DNA of 64,000 bases. Origin: Eledone cirrhosa (lineage: Eukaryota). The position numbers and the translations under genes are program-made. The stretch is taken from NCBI GenBank assembly GCA_964016885.1, contig OZ024741.1, forward strand, positions 173,042,001-173,106,000, in the 5' to 3' direction. Shown piece after piece: positions 37,445-50,965 of the stretch. Every line of letters starts with the position of its first letter. The stretch's first letter is position 1. The notes below the pieces were generated by a model, which saw only the letters and a list, made by a program, of their open reading frames with translations, had not been told where the DNA came from and did not search any database.

Positions 37445-37790
37445 TACATAACAACACAGAAAATTCTGAAGTTCGCGAAAGATACGTCGGAATGGTGCCA
37501 GATCGTTTTAAACAATGTTTTTACACGTATCTCCACTCCTTCAAGAATCTTGATATGAGTCCTGGCGTAAAAAGTCTGGCAATTAAATGGGAAAGGGGTA
37601 CCACATAAGACATCTTGGAAGGTAGTTGAAAGATCTGGGCCTTACGCCAACGGTACAAAGAAATGTGATCTCTGTCCGAGTGAGAAATTTAGGATATTAT
37701 AAGGTTTGTCATCTCCGAACAATATTAACTTGAACACACAGAGCGAAATTTCTAGAGGATGCCTCCAGAGTGACGCCTGTGCTTGAAGCT
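37445..37790 (+). pseudogene. Degenerate PLE GIY-YIG fragment
   Basis: ERYVGMVPDRFKQCFYTYLHSFKN and GTKKCDLCPSEKFRI match the PLE2 endonuclease. Confidence 0.75.
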
Positions 37791-38342
37791 TTTTTAAGTG
37801 AAAAAAAGCATTGCACTGGACAAATCATACTTTATGATCAACGGTGGTTAAGGTCTCCTACTCCCGGCTGGCTAACTGCATGGTCAGGCAACAAATCGTG
37901 TATTTCCATGTCCCTATTTTAGTCTTTAACCCTAGGTTCGTCTTTAACTTGTTTGTATTTTCGTTGTTGTGGTGTCTTTTGTGGTAACATCTCTCCGGTC
38001 GCAATTTTCACTGTGTCACACCCCTAAAGTATTGTTCTTACTCTGAGCTAAAATTTATCGATTTATCGATATCACCTCATTGAGTGCTTTGTACCAGCTT
38101 CAGAAGATTGATTTCGAAAAATGCTAATCACAGCTGCAACTTCGATTTTACTCACTATTAATGTGTGTGTGGGTGGGGGTGAATTTCGTATGTCTAAAGA
38201 TATATGGTATGTTTAATAAATAAACATTTTGAAAGACCGGCGATGAATAAAGGCTGACGGTCAGCATCGTCTAGCGGATTTCAGCAGAAGCAGTGAGGGA
38301 CAACTGTTTATATGCATTTTTAGCTAATGCCTTTCATCGGGC

Positions 38343-38433
38343 GAAGAAGAAGAAGAAGAAGAAGAAGAAGAAGAAGAAGAAGAAGAAGAAGAAGAAGAAG
38401 AAGAAGAAGAAGAAGAAGAAGAAGAAGAAGAAG
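38343..38433. repeat. (GAA)n microsatellite
   Basis: Read directly from the sequence. Confidence 0.95.
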
Positions 38434-38787
38434 ATCTTCGACATGCTTTTCCGTAAACGAAATAAGAAGGGGACCCTCGGATTCACCAAGCCTCGGAGAT
38501 TTCTTCAGTCAGAAACAGAGGGAAGGAGACAGGTCGGAGTTACAGACAAGCACTCTCAGACGTTTAAATTTATAGAAAAGCAATCCCTTGATATTAAAGT
38601 TAAAGGTTGTTTGTCTTATGACACTAATCAATTTATTGTTATTTTTCATTATATTTCCTGAAGAGATGCAGTTTTGAGTATAGCACCTATAACGGAGTAA
38701 CTTAACTGATAATATCTGTTTTTTCTCCACAATTGATGGGATACTCTAGCCGCGTTGAAACAAACGTAGATGTATAAATATATAATA

Positions 38788-39207
38788 ATGGTTTCTTATA
38801 TAGGCACAAGGCCAGCAATTTTGGGGAGACGAAAGTCGATTAAATCGACCCCAGTGCGTGACTGATACTTTATTTTATCTACCCTGTAAGGAAGAAATGC
38901 AAAGGTAACCTCTGCGGGGTTTGAACTCAGATCATAAAGGCTCGTAACTCTATGCTGCAAAGCATGGCGTCCGACCCTCTACCGATACTGCCAATCCACC
39001 GCCCTTATAAATAAACAATAATTGTTTCTACTTTAGGCACAAGGCCAGCAATTACTCAGTGCATTACTGGTACTTTATTTTATCGACCCCGTAAGGATGA
39101 AAGGCAAAGTCAACCTCGGCGGGATTTGAATTCAGATCGTAAAGGGACGTAACTATGCTGGGAAGCATGACGCCCAACCCTCTACCGATACTACCAATCC
39201 ACCGCCC
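38788..39207 (-). mobile_element. Two tandem SINE family 1 copies (38788-39004 and 39021-39207)
   Basis: Homologous to the other copies; ttataaataaacaataat is duplicated around the second copy. Confidence 0.85.
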
Positions 39208-39277
39208 TTATAAATAAACAATAATAATACCAATCCTTGGTCTTATTGAATTTTAAATTATATATATATATATATAT

Positions 39278-39480
39278 GACAAAGAGGGTGTGGTAAGAAA
39301 CCAGGTGGGCCATAACGCACCAGAGTACTCGATACCTGGGGTAGTAGAGTTGGTAATATGAAAAGATTCAGGTCCCGACGGCTGAGCTCCGGCCGTTTCG
39401 ACAGCTAGATCCGAACTAAAACTTTTAGATCTAGCTGTCGAAACGGCCAGAGTTCAGCCGTCGGGGTCCTGAATCTTTTC

Positions 39481-39484
<4 letters not shown>
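39278..39484. mobile_element. Miniature fold-back remnant of a PLE1-related 3' end (3' half of the HHR only)
   Basis: 39278-39411 is homologous to the reverse complement of ~12900-13036; the inverted arm is 39428-39484; (TA)n on both sides. Confidence 0.85.
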
Positions 39485-39562
<78 letters not shown>

Positions 39563-40317
39563 CTGTTTATCTATATACGCATATGTGATATTGTGTGAGT
39601 GTGTGTTTGTAAGTGTGTGTGTTTGTGCATGTGTGTTAAGTAATACACCAACCTTCAGTTGATCCACCGCCAAGATGGCGGTTTATCATTGATATCAATG
39701 CCATTCTTCCGCACAGCTGCAATTAGAATCAAAATGGCTTATAGCACAGGCGATAAACAGCTCAATCTTAGATTTTCTAAACACAAAATGTACTTATTTG
39801 ATCGCTTTGTAACCTAGTTTTATTTCCAACGCCCTACCATTCAAACAAACACACAAACAACATGAACACACATGTAAAGAAACACGGACGCATATACATA
39901 CGTCGAAACACATACACATCTACATATTTCCCTTCATTTACATAACTCATAACTACGCCGAAAAGCAGATGAATTATATTGAATGTAATCACGTGACTCA
40001 CAGCGGCCTGTTATGCTCTGAAAAGCCACAAAAGGAAATAAGTTTGATTGGTTGAAATTACTCTATATCTATTATAGAATAATGTAACTTAATTTAGCTA
40101 ATTACTTCAAGACTTATTTGTAGACCTGTGTCGTTATTATAGTTTTCATAATAAGAGAAAGCAGATAAGCTCTTAGCATTAATCTTCATTAATGATGTGA
40201 CTACTTCTCTTCGTCCTATTTCGGACATTTTATCGTAGTTTTGTCGTTTCTGTTATTTCCCATATGTAATAAACATTGCGTTTCATTATGACTAGATATG
40301 TCATAATGAAACGCAAT

Positions 40318-40499
40318 GGTGGATTGGCAGTATCAGTAGAGGGTCGGACGCCATGCTTTCCAGCATAGTTACGTCCCTTTACGTTCTGAGTTCAAATCCC
40401 ACCGAGGTTGACTTTGCCTTTCATCCTTACGGGGTCGATAAAATAAAGTACCAGTAATGCACTGGGTAATTGGTGGCCTTGTGCCTAAAGTAGAAACAA
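40318..40499 (+). mobile_element. SINE family 1
   Basis: A/B boxes; flanking direct repeat ttatgactagatatgtc. Confidence 0.85.
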
Positions 40500-41065
40500 T
40501 TATGACTAGATATGTCTGCATACTATGTATACATGCATTCATAAACACACGTATACGTATATATATATGTGTGTGCATGTATATATATATATATATATTT
40601 ATTTGTGCGAACTCGCTATCATCGATATAGTATATATGTCTTGTTAAATAGTTGTATGTATATTGTGATAGATAAATGAATAACGAGAATCACACAGACA
40701 AACTGTCAGAGCGACAAAAATAGATTGACAGATATATATAGATACAAATATGTAGGTGCATACTTATACACACACACACATACACACAAGCACGCATACA
40801 CCTGTATATATATATATCATGTGCACATGCACACACACACACACACACGTACACGTATATATATATATATACATACATATATATATATATAGAGAGAGAG
40901 AGAGGTGCGGGGGGGGGGAGAAGAAGAAGAAGAAGAAGAAGAAGAAGAAACTTGGTAAAGTGTATTTAGAAATAAAATGAAATCTCTTCTTCAGTTGTCT
41001 GATGGAGATCGCAGACATTTCAACGCATTAAAGACAATATGGCTAACTCCAGTGTGTCAATAACT

Positions 41066-41115
<50 letters not shown>

Positions 41116-41237
41116 AAAGTTCTATTTAAATTGTTGGGATACAACAAGCAAATATTTTTATAACTGATATAAAGCACTCGACAAATATTTGGAGTAGATA
41201 TACGATATGAATAAATGGAAACTATATTTATAAAACC

Positions 41238-41268
<31 letters not shown>

Positions 41269-41270
<2 letters not shown>

Positions 41271-41687
41271 AGGAGGTGAGTTTTATTGTAGTACAATAAA
41301 GCAATGCAGATATCGGATAAGAAGCACTCTACAGTTTGTAGGACTGGAGTATACATAATATATAAGATCAAAAGATGGTTAAATGAGTTCCATGTATTTT
41401 ATTATGCGCATTTCAAAAACAAATATCATCATGCAATAACATTTGTGTTTTCATCAGATAAAATAGGAGGACATGATATGAAGGTTAAAAAACACTTGTG
41501 GATAGTGCAGTTTTAAATCAACATATGATATGTTGATTTAAAACTGCACTATCCACAAGTGTTTTTTAACCTTCATATCATGTCCTCCTATTTTATCTGA
41601 TGAAAACACAAATGTTATTGCATGATGATATTTGTTTTTGAAATGCGCATAATAAAATACATGGAACTCATTTAACCATCTTTTGAT

Positions 41688-41696
<9 letters not shown>
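41269..41696. mobile_element. Fold-back PLE-terminus remnant: ~168-bp arms centred on 41527, plus a ~89-nt tail
   Basis: Perfect inverted repeat with a 1-nt centre; HHR in each arm; (TA)n on both sides. Confidence 0.8.
41589..41659 (+). ncRNA. Type I hammerhead ribozyme (mirror copy at 41395-41465, minus strand)
   Basis: Stem I tattttat/ataaaata; CTGATGA; stem II aaacacaaatgtta/tgatatttgttttt; GAAA; palindromic tgcgca; AUA site. Confidence 0.85.
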
Positions 41697-41732
<36 letters not shown>

Positions 41733-42537
41733 CGTGAGTGTGATTTCATATTACGAAAAATGAGATCTCGATATGTAAACATAGAGCTAATTGATATATA
41801 TTAATGTATGACATTAAAGAGAGCCTGTATAAGTTACCCGCTTGAATAATCAGCGTGAATGACCTTGACACTAAGGTTAGACTCACGGCCTTGGTTTTCC
41901 GACGTCTTATATGCTGTGACAGTGTGCTGCTACTCATTCAACAAACTCCTTATACAACCTTTTTTCCGTACTGTCTATTTTCATGTCACACACAGTAGAG
42001 AATGTTCCTCCCAGATACATGGGAATTCCATATATATTGTATTCGTAGTCTGTTGTGGATTTCCCATCTTAGGTATTATGTTGGTGCTAATGTATGTATA
42101 AATGTGTGTGTATACACGCACATATGTGTACACACTCTCACACATACATGTCGACACAAACACACACAGAGACACACATACACACGTACAAACACACACA
42201 TACACACATACACACACGCACACACATAGATATAACTAAGACCATATCACACATTAATCTAATCTAAACCCGATTTAGCTCAACACACCGATAAACCTGA
42301 AGAAAGGGAGAAAAAAATACTTCAGTCTCAGCGATTAAATAACCACTGAACAACATGAAACATACGGCTATGAATGGAATAAAACAAGAAAAATGACATT
42401 AAATTGAGGCATATATATTTTGGGGATACAGCTGAGGTAAAGGGTATTCAAGCCACCTCAAAACTAAAGTCCTTAGTCTTATTGAAAACACTCGTTACGA
42501 CAAACCCATCGTTCCTTTCTATAGTGACATCTAAATA

Positions 42538-42726
42538 ATTGTTTCTACTTTTGGCACAAGGCCAGCAATTACGCAGTAGATTACTGGTACTTTATTTTAT
42601 CGACCCCATAAGGATGAAAGGCAAAGTTAACCTCGGCGGGATTTGAACTCAGAATGGCAAGGGCCGTAACTCTATACGTCAAAGCATGGCGTCCGACCCT
42701 CTACCGATACTGCCAATCCACCGCCC
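42538..42726 (-). mobile_element. SINE family 1 with target-site duplication
   Basis: gtgacatctaaataat on both sides. Confidence 0.9.
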
Positions 42727-42917
42727 TTTTGTGACATCTAAATAATAAATCTTATTTACATCTCAAATACTTCTGTTCGCCTCCAAACTATTAGAATAAA
42801 TTCTATGCAGTAAATTCTTGAAGTTTTCTTAGTTCGGAAAAAAAATGTATCTGCAACACCCACCCAACTGTTCAATGGGGCTTATCCTTTTTAACTTTCG
42901 CAACTCTTCTAAAAAAA

Positions 42918-42948
<31 letters not shown>

Positions 42949-44140
42949 AATTCGTAAGAGAATAAATACAAATATGCTGGGAGCAAACTACAGGACCCCA
43001 TTTGCTCATAATACAGAGATGGGGGGGGGGGCGAAAGAGATGGAGGCGATGACAGTGGGAGTTCGGCTCTTCCGTGGCGAACACTTTCTCTACTTATCGC
43101 TCTAACATTCATATGCCGTAGAAGGATTTTCATTGTTTGCGTAATGTTGACAACAAGGCTCACTAGAACAGATTCTCTCAGCAACTTAAACCTTTCTTAA
43201 CCTGATTGAATACACTACAGGCAAATGTAAAATATGTTTTATTAAATTTAAAACCAGTCTGTTTCAGGTCGATCTTCGTTCAACATGTGTAGTCGTTATA
43301 CTTTATTCAAGACACAAAGCCTTTCTCGATCTTAAGTAAAACATCTTTATATTTCGTTCCGAATACCAGGTCGATTATCCTGCCCATCCCTTCCTCAACC
43401 AAATCCGAACCCAAACTAGTATATAGAGAAATCGTAAACTCATAGTTTTAACAAGCTTTACCTTCCCTAATCCAATAAAAAAAACTCAGCACTCGTTCCT
43501 ATATTCCATTATTGTTATAAACTGCATCGCAATACTTAACAAAGGTCTCTTTAAACACAGATAATAACTTCTAAACGAAACTGGCCAACTGTCTATTTCT
43601 GCACTTTCTGGCTCCTGCTATAAATCTTCATTTTATGCATCTTAGGAATCCAGAAAAAAATGAGAATACACATATTCTTCCCTTCTACCCAACAGCCTCT
43701 AAAGCCATCCAATTCAAGCATAAATCCTACAACCAGTGAACCGATGTCTTCTGACACCAACCTCTAAGTCAAAGTTATGATCACTATCACATTCTAATTT
43801 GCTAGCCAAAAACCGTCCGATAGTATTTCTTACAAATTATCACGGAATTACCTGCCGCCTTATCCGTCGGTGCGATAATGTACTTTTACAGAACTCATTG
43901 CCCTAGCACGTTTATTAAGTATAGACGTCTCACCCACCACTCGAGCCAACTTCCTTATCATAATTTTAACGAAGCTACTGAATCTTACCTTCCAGCACCC
44001 AAAGGCCTCTTTTGTAACACCATATATTATGCCTAACTTACATACGAAGTCATGTATGCGTTTACAAGTGATTATGAGTATCTGTGTATATTAGAATGTA
44101 TATTGATATGCATGTATGTATATGAGAAATTATATATATA

Positions 44141-44273
<133 letters not shown>

Positions 44274-44359
44274 CATACATATATATGTATATATATAGAG
44301 AGAGTATATATATATACATACATATGTATATATATATATATAAAATATAAATATTTACA

Positions 44360-45133
44360 CATACACCAATTAAACAAAGCCAGAGGTATATATGTGTTTT
44401 GGCAACTTTTCACGATGTGGCTCAATGAAGAATTAATAAATTAAATAATCAGAGCAAAATACTATAGAGTAAAGCATGTCCAGAGAATTATTTGATATTA
44501 TATATACATCATCTCTATTCCCAATCAGCATAATTAACCACACAAAAAATCAATTAGACCGGGCTATAAGAATAAAAGGCATCTATGAAGAAACAGTAAA
44601 TAAATATACCATTGCGGCGTCTTCGCGCACAACCGCTATAGAATATTTACCCAACATTTCAACAGCACGTGGAAATTAATTAAATATACGGTCAACCATA
44701 CATAATTAGGTAAAAATTAATGTTAGAAATGCTTATACACATACCAGGATTAAATCACTAAATGCCGACCCTAGGGTTTCTCTCACTTTTGAGATACCTT
44801 ATTAAGGAAATACTCGAGTTTTAGAGCTCTTCAGGGGACAAACTGAAGAGCTCTAAAACTCGAGTATTTCTAACATTAATTTTTACCTAATTATGTATGG
44901 TTGACTGTATATTTAATTAATTTCCACGTGCTGTTGAAATGTTGGGTAAATATTCTATAGCAGTTGTGCGCGAAGACGCCGCAATGGTATATTTATTTAC
45001 TGTTTCTTCATAGATGCCTTTTATTCTTATAGCCCGGTCTAATTGATTTTTTGTGTGGTTAATTATGCTGATTGGGAGTAGAGATGATGTATATATATTA
45101 TCAAATAATTCTCTGGACATGCTTTACTCTATA

Positions 45134-45137
<4 letters not shown>
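44360..45137. mobile_element. Fold-back PLE-terminus remnant; the right arm has an internal deletion
   Basis: Outer arms 44459-44730 / 44866-45137 and inner arms 44807-44834 / 44843-44870; tail ~44360-44458; TA-rich flanks. Confidence 0.75.
44763..44840 (-). ncRNA. Hammerhead ribozyme with a weak or truncated stem I
   Basis: CTGAAGA; stem II base ctc/gag; GAAA; palindromic ccctaggg; GUC site. Confidence 0.6.
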
Positions 45138-45177
<40 letters not shown>

Positions 45178-46419
45178 ATGCATACTTATGTATACATAAA
45201 AGTGTGTGTGTGTGTGTATATACACCTGTGTATGTACACGTGCCTGTATGTACACATGTGCGTATGTATATACGTGTGAGTGCGTATGCACGTGTGAATG
45301 TGTATATACGTGTGTGTTGAAAACACCGGAGAAATCTTGTTTTAAATGTAATGAAGAAATCAGGTAAGAAGATATAAACTGCTTTAGATGACTCATGGTT
45401 TATGTAATATTATTTGTTGGTTGTAGATAAAACAGATGTTTCCCTTCATCTTATCATTTCCCGCATAATTTGTATTTTTCATCATCATCGTCCTTCTTCT
45501 TCTTCTTCTTCTTCTTCTTCTTCTTCTTCTTCTTCTTCTTCTTCTTCTTCTTCTTCTTCTTCTTTTTCTTCTTCTTTTCCTCCTCGCTCCGTGGAATTTG
45601 GATTTCTTACCAAGCATAACCAAAGAGAAAAAAGAAACGTTTTCGCTGTAATACAATTTTTCCAGGGAATCAGCCTGGAACACTTTAGCTGACTCCCCAT
45701 AACCCGGATGATACCCGGAATGTTTTTTGCTATGAAAAAAAAAAAACACACCCGCAAAAAAAGAATCCAATGGCAGAGAATACAAACAAAAAGAAAATTA
45801 CATAACAGGAATTACTCATCGAAAACGGACAAAATAATGGTTTTTTGTTTGGTAGTCAATACGATACGGTTAACAACAATAGCAACAACAAAGACCATCA
45901 CAAAAACAGCCATGCACACATACTTTTTGCCAAATGAAAAAGATGCTATGTCAAGCAACAAGATGAGAATAAAAGCTTTCCGTTTTGTTTTGTTTTTTCG
46001 CTAACGCTAATATTAACAATCAGATGGTGGACATGAACCATCTGACTGAAAAATATTTGCTTGGCAGAATTATGTAATCAGTGAGCACGTTTTTGGCAGC
46101 AATCTTCATCTAAAAATGATATAGGAGGAAGATTATGTATCTCTGTATCGCTACAGGTTTTCTTAAGCTTTTAAGAAAACAATTGAATATAGTTTGGGCC
46201 GTTTTGTAGGACGATATCTCTAACGGTGATTATAATCTTAGTTTTTAAAACTGTGACCAGGGCCTAGAATCTAGTGTAACTTGTGCATCATACATGCAGC
46301 TAGTGCATCATACATTTGCACATAGATTTGTGTCACATTATATGGGATGATACAACACAAGGATTACGCTGAAGGACGTTTGTAATGACATTGGCACTTA
46401 GCACATCATCATACTGTGG

Positions 46420-46800
46420 AAGAGGACAGAGAGGTGATTGTACCACCACAAAGTCGACACAGAGGAGATATATCTTCTCCATAAACTAATTTTCTAATGT
46501 TATTCGTATAAATTGCTTGATTTTGTGCTGCAACTATTGTACACTCTCTTTCCTTTTTCAAAATACCCCTTCTTTAGCCAATCCCACAATTTCATTCCTC
46601 TCACATCATATGTTGCATTTCTGAACTGCCCATGTAATGCTTTGCCTTCATATGCAGTTTCATGTTCACTATACACATTTTCTTTACTTTTGTCACCATT
46701 GATAGCTCCTAAAAGACCTGCTCTATTCACAGCTTCCTCTCTGGGCGCGTGTAAATATTACTCTAACCCTTCCATTTCTATTCTAACACAATCTATCCCA
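46420..46800 (-). mobile_element. Degenerate R4/Dong-like non-LTR fragment
   Basis: GKALHGQF...WDWLKKG motif, typical of the post-RT region of R4-clade elements; near (TAA)n. Confidence 0.5.
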
Positions 46801-46847
46801 TTTGCTCTTTTCATATATAATATCAATAATAATAATAATAATAATAA

Positions 46848-47032
46848 TCGTTTCTACTTTAGGCACAAGGCCAGCAATTACCCAGTACATTACTGGTACT
46901 TTATTTTATCGACCCCGCAAGGATGAAAGGCAAAGTTAACCTCGGCGGGATTTGAACTCAGACTGTAAAGGGACGTAACCATGCTAGAAAGCATGGCGTC
47001 CAACCATCTACCGATACTGCCAAACCACCACC
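46848..47032 (-). mobile_element. SINE family 1
   Basis: Homologous to the other copies; (TAA)n on both sides. Confidence 0.85.
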
Positions 47033-47050
47033 AATAATAATAATAATAAT

Positions 47051-49480
47051 GATTTCTTTATTGGCCACAATGGTTGACATCAAGAAAAACATTACAGACG
47101 GCACAGGGCGGTACAGGACGGTACGATGTGGGTTTTGTGCGTGTAAAGATTTTTATTGTTTATATAAAAAAAGAAAAAAAAAGGACATAGAAACATATAT
47201 ATATATAAACAATAAAAATGAAAATTGAAACAATGAAAAATTCCCCAATAGGGGGGAACCTCCGAGGGTTACTCGTGGCGAAAACCACACAAAAGACCAC
47301 GGCCACCCTGACCACCAGGGCAAGTGCCCTCTCTCAATTTTTCCATCTCTCAAACTACAGGCGTATATTCAGAGCAGTCCCGTTCACTCGGACCATTCTC
47401 GCTACATTCACCCACCTTTCAACAAACTTGCTAGAAGGCAGCACTTGACTCTCCACCCTGATTTTCCTCTTTAAGTTAAGTGAAACTTGAAAAAGTTAAT
47501 TAGGGTTTCGCCGAAGAGGAAAGTATCTGTCTTTAACCCTTTCAACCTTGTCCACAATACAATCTCTTTCGCCATGGCCACCAGGCAGATGAAAACAGCC
47601 TGCCCTTCCTCCTCGAAGGAAGACGGCGAGACCATCTGCACAATGGACTCAGTCGATAACCGGATCAGTCCTACACGCGACAGCAACTGTTCGACATAGC
47701 TCCACAAGTCAGCAATGCTCGGGCACTGAACGAGTGCGTGCACGACGGTTTCGTCGCTCTGTGCGCATCTCGGACAGGCTCGGCTGACGGCACTTCGGTG
47801 CCTGTAGAGCTTATCTCGAACCGGCAGCGCTCCCCGGTAGCACTGCCAGGCCAGGGATTTTTGGAAGTTATCCTTAGGCCCTGGGCTGAAAGTTCTCCGG
47901 AAGAGAGCAAACAGCTGATCTTCTTCGACGCCCAGGATCTCTCCGAGAACGTCGTCGCTCTTCCCCTCCACTAGTCCTCTATAGAACGCCAAGGTGGATG
48001 TTCCACCGATACTGGTGCCCAGCTGACAGATGGCAGTGAGCGCCTGAAGACATTCCAGTTTCCAAGCGCTATCCCTCGGTCTTTTTCTGACCCAGGACTG
48101 CAGCTCCGTCAAAGAGACGAGCTGTGGGAAAACGTGCCTGGTGAACAGCGACCACACCTGTTCACCGTCAAGGAAGCACCAGAGATGTCGCAGCCTCAGC
48201 GCATGTTTGCACATCATCAGCCATGGCATGCCCAGTCCTCCACGCAACGGGTGTTGACAGCAGATGGATCGTCTGACCATGGGAGCGCGTCCTCTCCACA
48301 AAAAGCGGAAGAGGAGGCACTCCATTTTGGTGAGAGTTGGGCCGGAGCAAGGGACGACGGTGAGGCGGTAGCAGATGACGGATGCGATGTACGCATTCGC
48401 CACCTCCGCCCGGCTTTTCAGGGACAGCTTCCTCTCGGCCCATTTCTGGGTGAGGGAGGCCACCTTGCTCGCCACCTCATTCCAGTTTTTCTCCTTCTGG
48501 AGGTCCGGTCCGAACCAGACCCCGAGCAATTTAACCAGTCCGTCCGTCCAACGTCCCACGACGCTGTCGGACGACATGGACTTGCCTCTCCATGTGCCGA
48601 GCTGCAAGCCCACCGACTTTTCCTGGTTTATCTTTGCTCCTGTCACCGCTTCGTATTCCTTGAGAGCGGTGCCGAGCATCTGGACGTGTCCGGTGCTCGA
48701 GACCACCACGGTGACGTCGTCGGCATAAGCCGACTCGGATTTCCCGCATCGTTGTTCGCGTGGGAGGCCCCTCATCGCCCCCAGTTTATGAAGTAACGTA
48801 CAAGAGGGACGAGAGGGGACAACCCTGGCGGACCGAGCGCATGATGGTGAACGGCTGCGGCAGGTGACCGTTCACCCTCACAACTGAACAGATGTCGCTG
48901 TACATCGCAGCGATCCAACCTCTGAAAACGGGCCCGAAACCGGCTGCCTCGAGGACCGCCGCCAGATACTGATGGTCGACCCTATCGAATGCTTTGGATT
49001 GATCCAAGTTGATCAGGGCTCACCCGTGCCAGGTTCTTTAACCACCCTCTCTATGATGTACCGCATGAGGTGGAGGTTGTCGTGTATGGATCTGTCCGGA
49101 ATGGCGCATGTCCGCGCCTCTCCCACCAGACCCTTGACGACAAGCGCCAACCTCGTTGCTAACACCTTGGCAAAAATCTTGAACTCTGCGTTTAGCAGGG
49201 TTATGGGCCTGAAGTTATCGATAACATCCCCCTTGTTCGGGTCTTTTCTCAGCAGCGCCACCGCTCCCCGGCTCACAAAACTGGGAATGCTCCTGTTCTG
49301 CTGCCAGTTGCAGTAGACGTCTGCCAAGAAGTCACCGAACAAGTCTGGCATAAATGCATAAAGCTCGTAGGACAGACCATCCAAACCTCGCGATTTACCA
49401 CTCGTGCAGTTAGCCATCGCTTCCCGTATTTCACCGGCTGTTATTGGCTTTTCGCAACACTGTGCTGCTCTTCGCAACAC
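47051..49480 (-). mobile_element. 5'-truncated Tx1-like LINE (family C)
   Basis: RT pieces 49013-49480, 48786-49007 (RQGCPLS) and 47471-48775 (AYADDV, CPRC). Confidence 0.9.
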
Positions 49481-50757
49481 TGTGCTGGACGATTTATTAG
49501 ATATAAAGTTTGTTTTTTTCTTCTAGATTCTATCACCTTTTCAATAGTGAATGATTTATCATTTCAGAGTACTCTACAGGTCACTTTGCCGTTGTTTAGA
49601 CCTCAAATGTAATCGAGAGAAGATATTCTAGAAGCGAGATCATGGAGTTTTATTCTGTAATAGTGTATTTTGATCTACAGCCCCCAATATATAATTGCTT
49701 TTTCAGAGGTGAAAATTTGAGTTGAGTGAGATATACCTCTTGTTTCAAGTTATTTCGTGTGACTGCGTAATGTCTTCGTTTGTTGTCTCTCTATAGATTT
49801 TTAAACTGTGAGAAATTAAATTGAGAAATAATATATTTCTTTCTAGTTTTTACTAAGACTACATTCTCAAAACTGACTTTCCCATTCTTAAAACAGTAGG
49901 GTATAAGTTTAGGTAGATTTAGATGCTATTTGTAACAAGTCTTTCCTTGTCTTTGTGAATAAATACATTCGTTGATTCGTATAAATACATATTTCCTTGA
50001 CTTGTGGTTTTATTGACTCGTTGCCATTATATTTTTACTGACATTGCTGGAGGTAAAGATTAACACTTTTCGTAGAAAACATATTCGCAATATATTTCGA
50101 AAAAAATATATAAAAATATGTGGTGTAAAATGGAAGCGATAATGGAAGGTATAGTAAAATAGTAAATATTTACTCGTTCCTGCCAGCCATTTTCTTATCT
50201 TATTTTATTTTATATATATATATTTATCTTCTCGCTTTTCATAATTCAAAGATATCTGGTTCAAAAGATTTTGGAACATTTCCAAGCTATCACAAGTAAT
50301 GATAGATGATATATTAGAATGGATTGACCTTCAAGTTTAAGTTTATTTTTTCCTTCTTTCTTTCTACAGTTATTCAAAATAATTTTCCGAAAGGCTTAGC
50401 TTATTACGTGACCTATTTATCATTGAATCAACAAATTAGCGTTTATTTCCCACCTAGTTTAGCTTCAGCCGCCGTCAAGTGCAGAATATATTAAAAAATA
50501 GACTGTGTTATTTAGTCTCTGTTCAATGAAGCACTTTGTACTTTTAGTTGAAAGATGAATGTATGATTGAGGAAATGAATGCAATGAATATTCAGGCGTA
50601 GATGTGAAGTTGAGCGCTACCATGTGTGTGTAGTTAATTTCGCTTTCCCACTACCTAATTTCGGATTCTATCGAATGATATGGCACCTTCAACATGTGCT
50701 TTGTACGATATTCTAGGGTCCACCAAAACGTTGGGAGTGAAATTTTGTAGATGAATA

Positions 50758-50824
<67 letters not shown>

Positions 50825-50830
50825 ATGTGA

Positions 50831-50935
<105 letters not shown>

Positions 50936-50965
50936 TGTGTATATATATATATATATATATAAAGA

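Noticed and set aside
43040-44040. Possible very old LINE RT remnant on the minus strand
   Set aside because: Only faint motif resemblance; cannot be supported without a profile search
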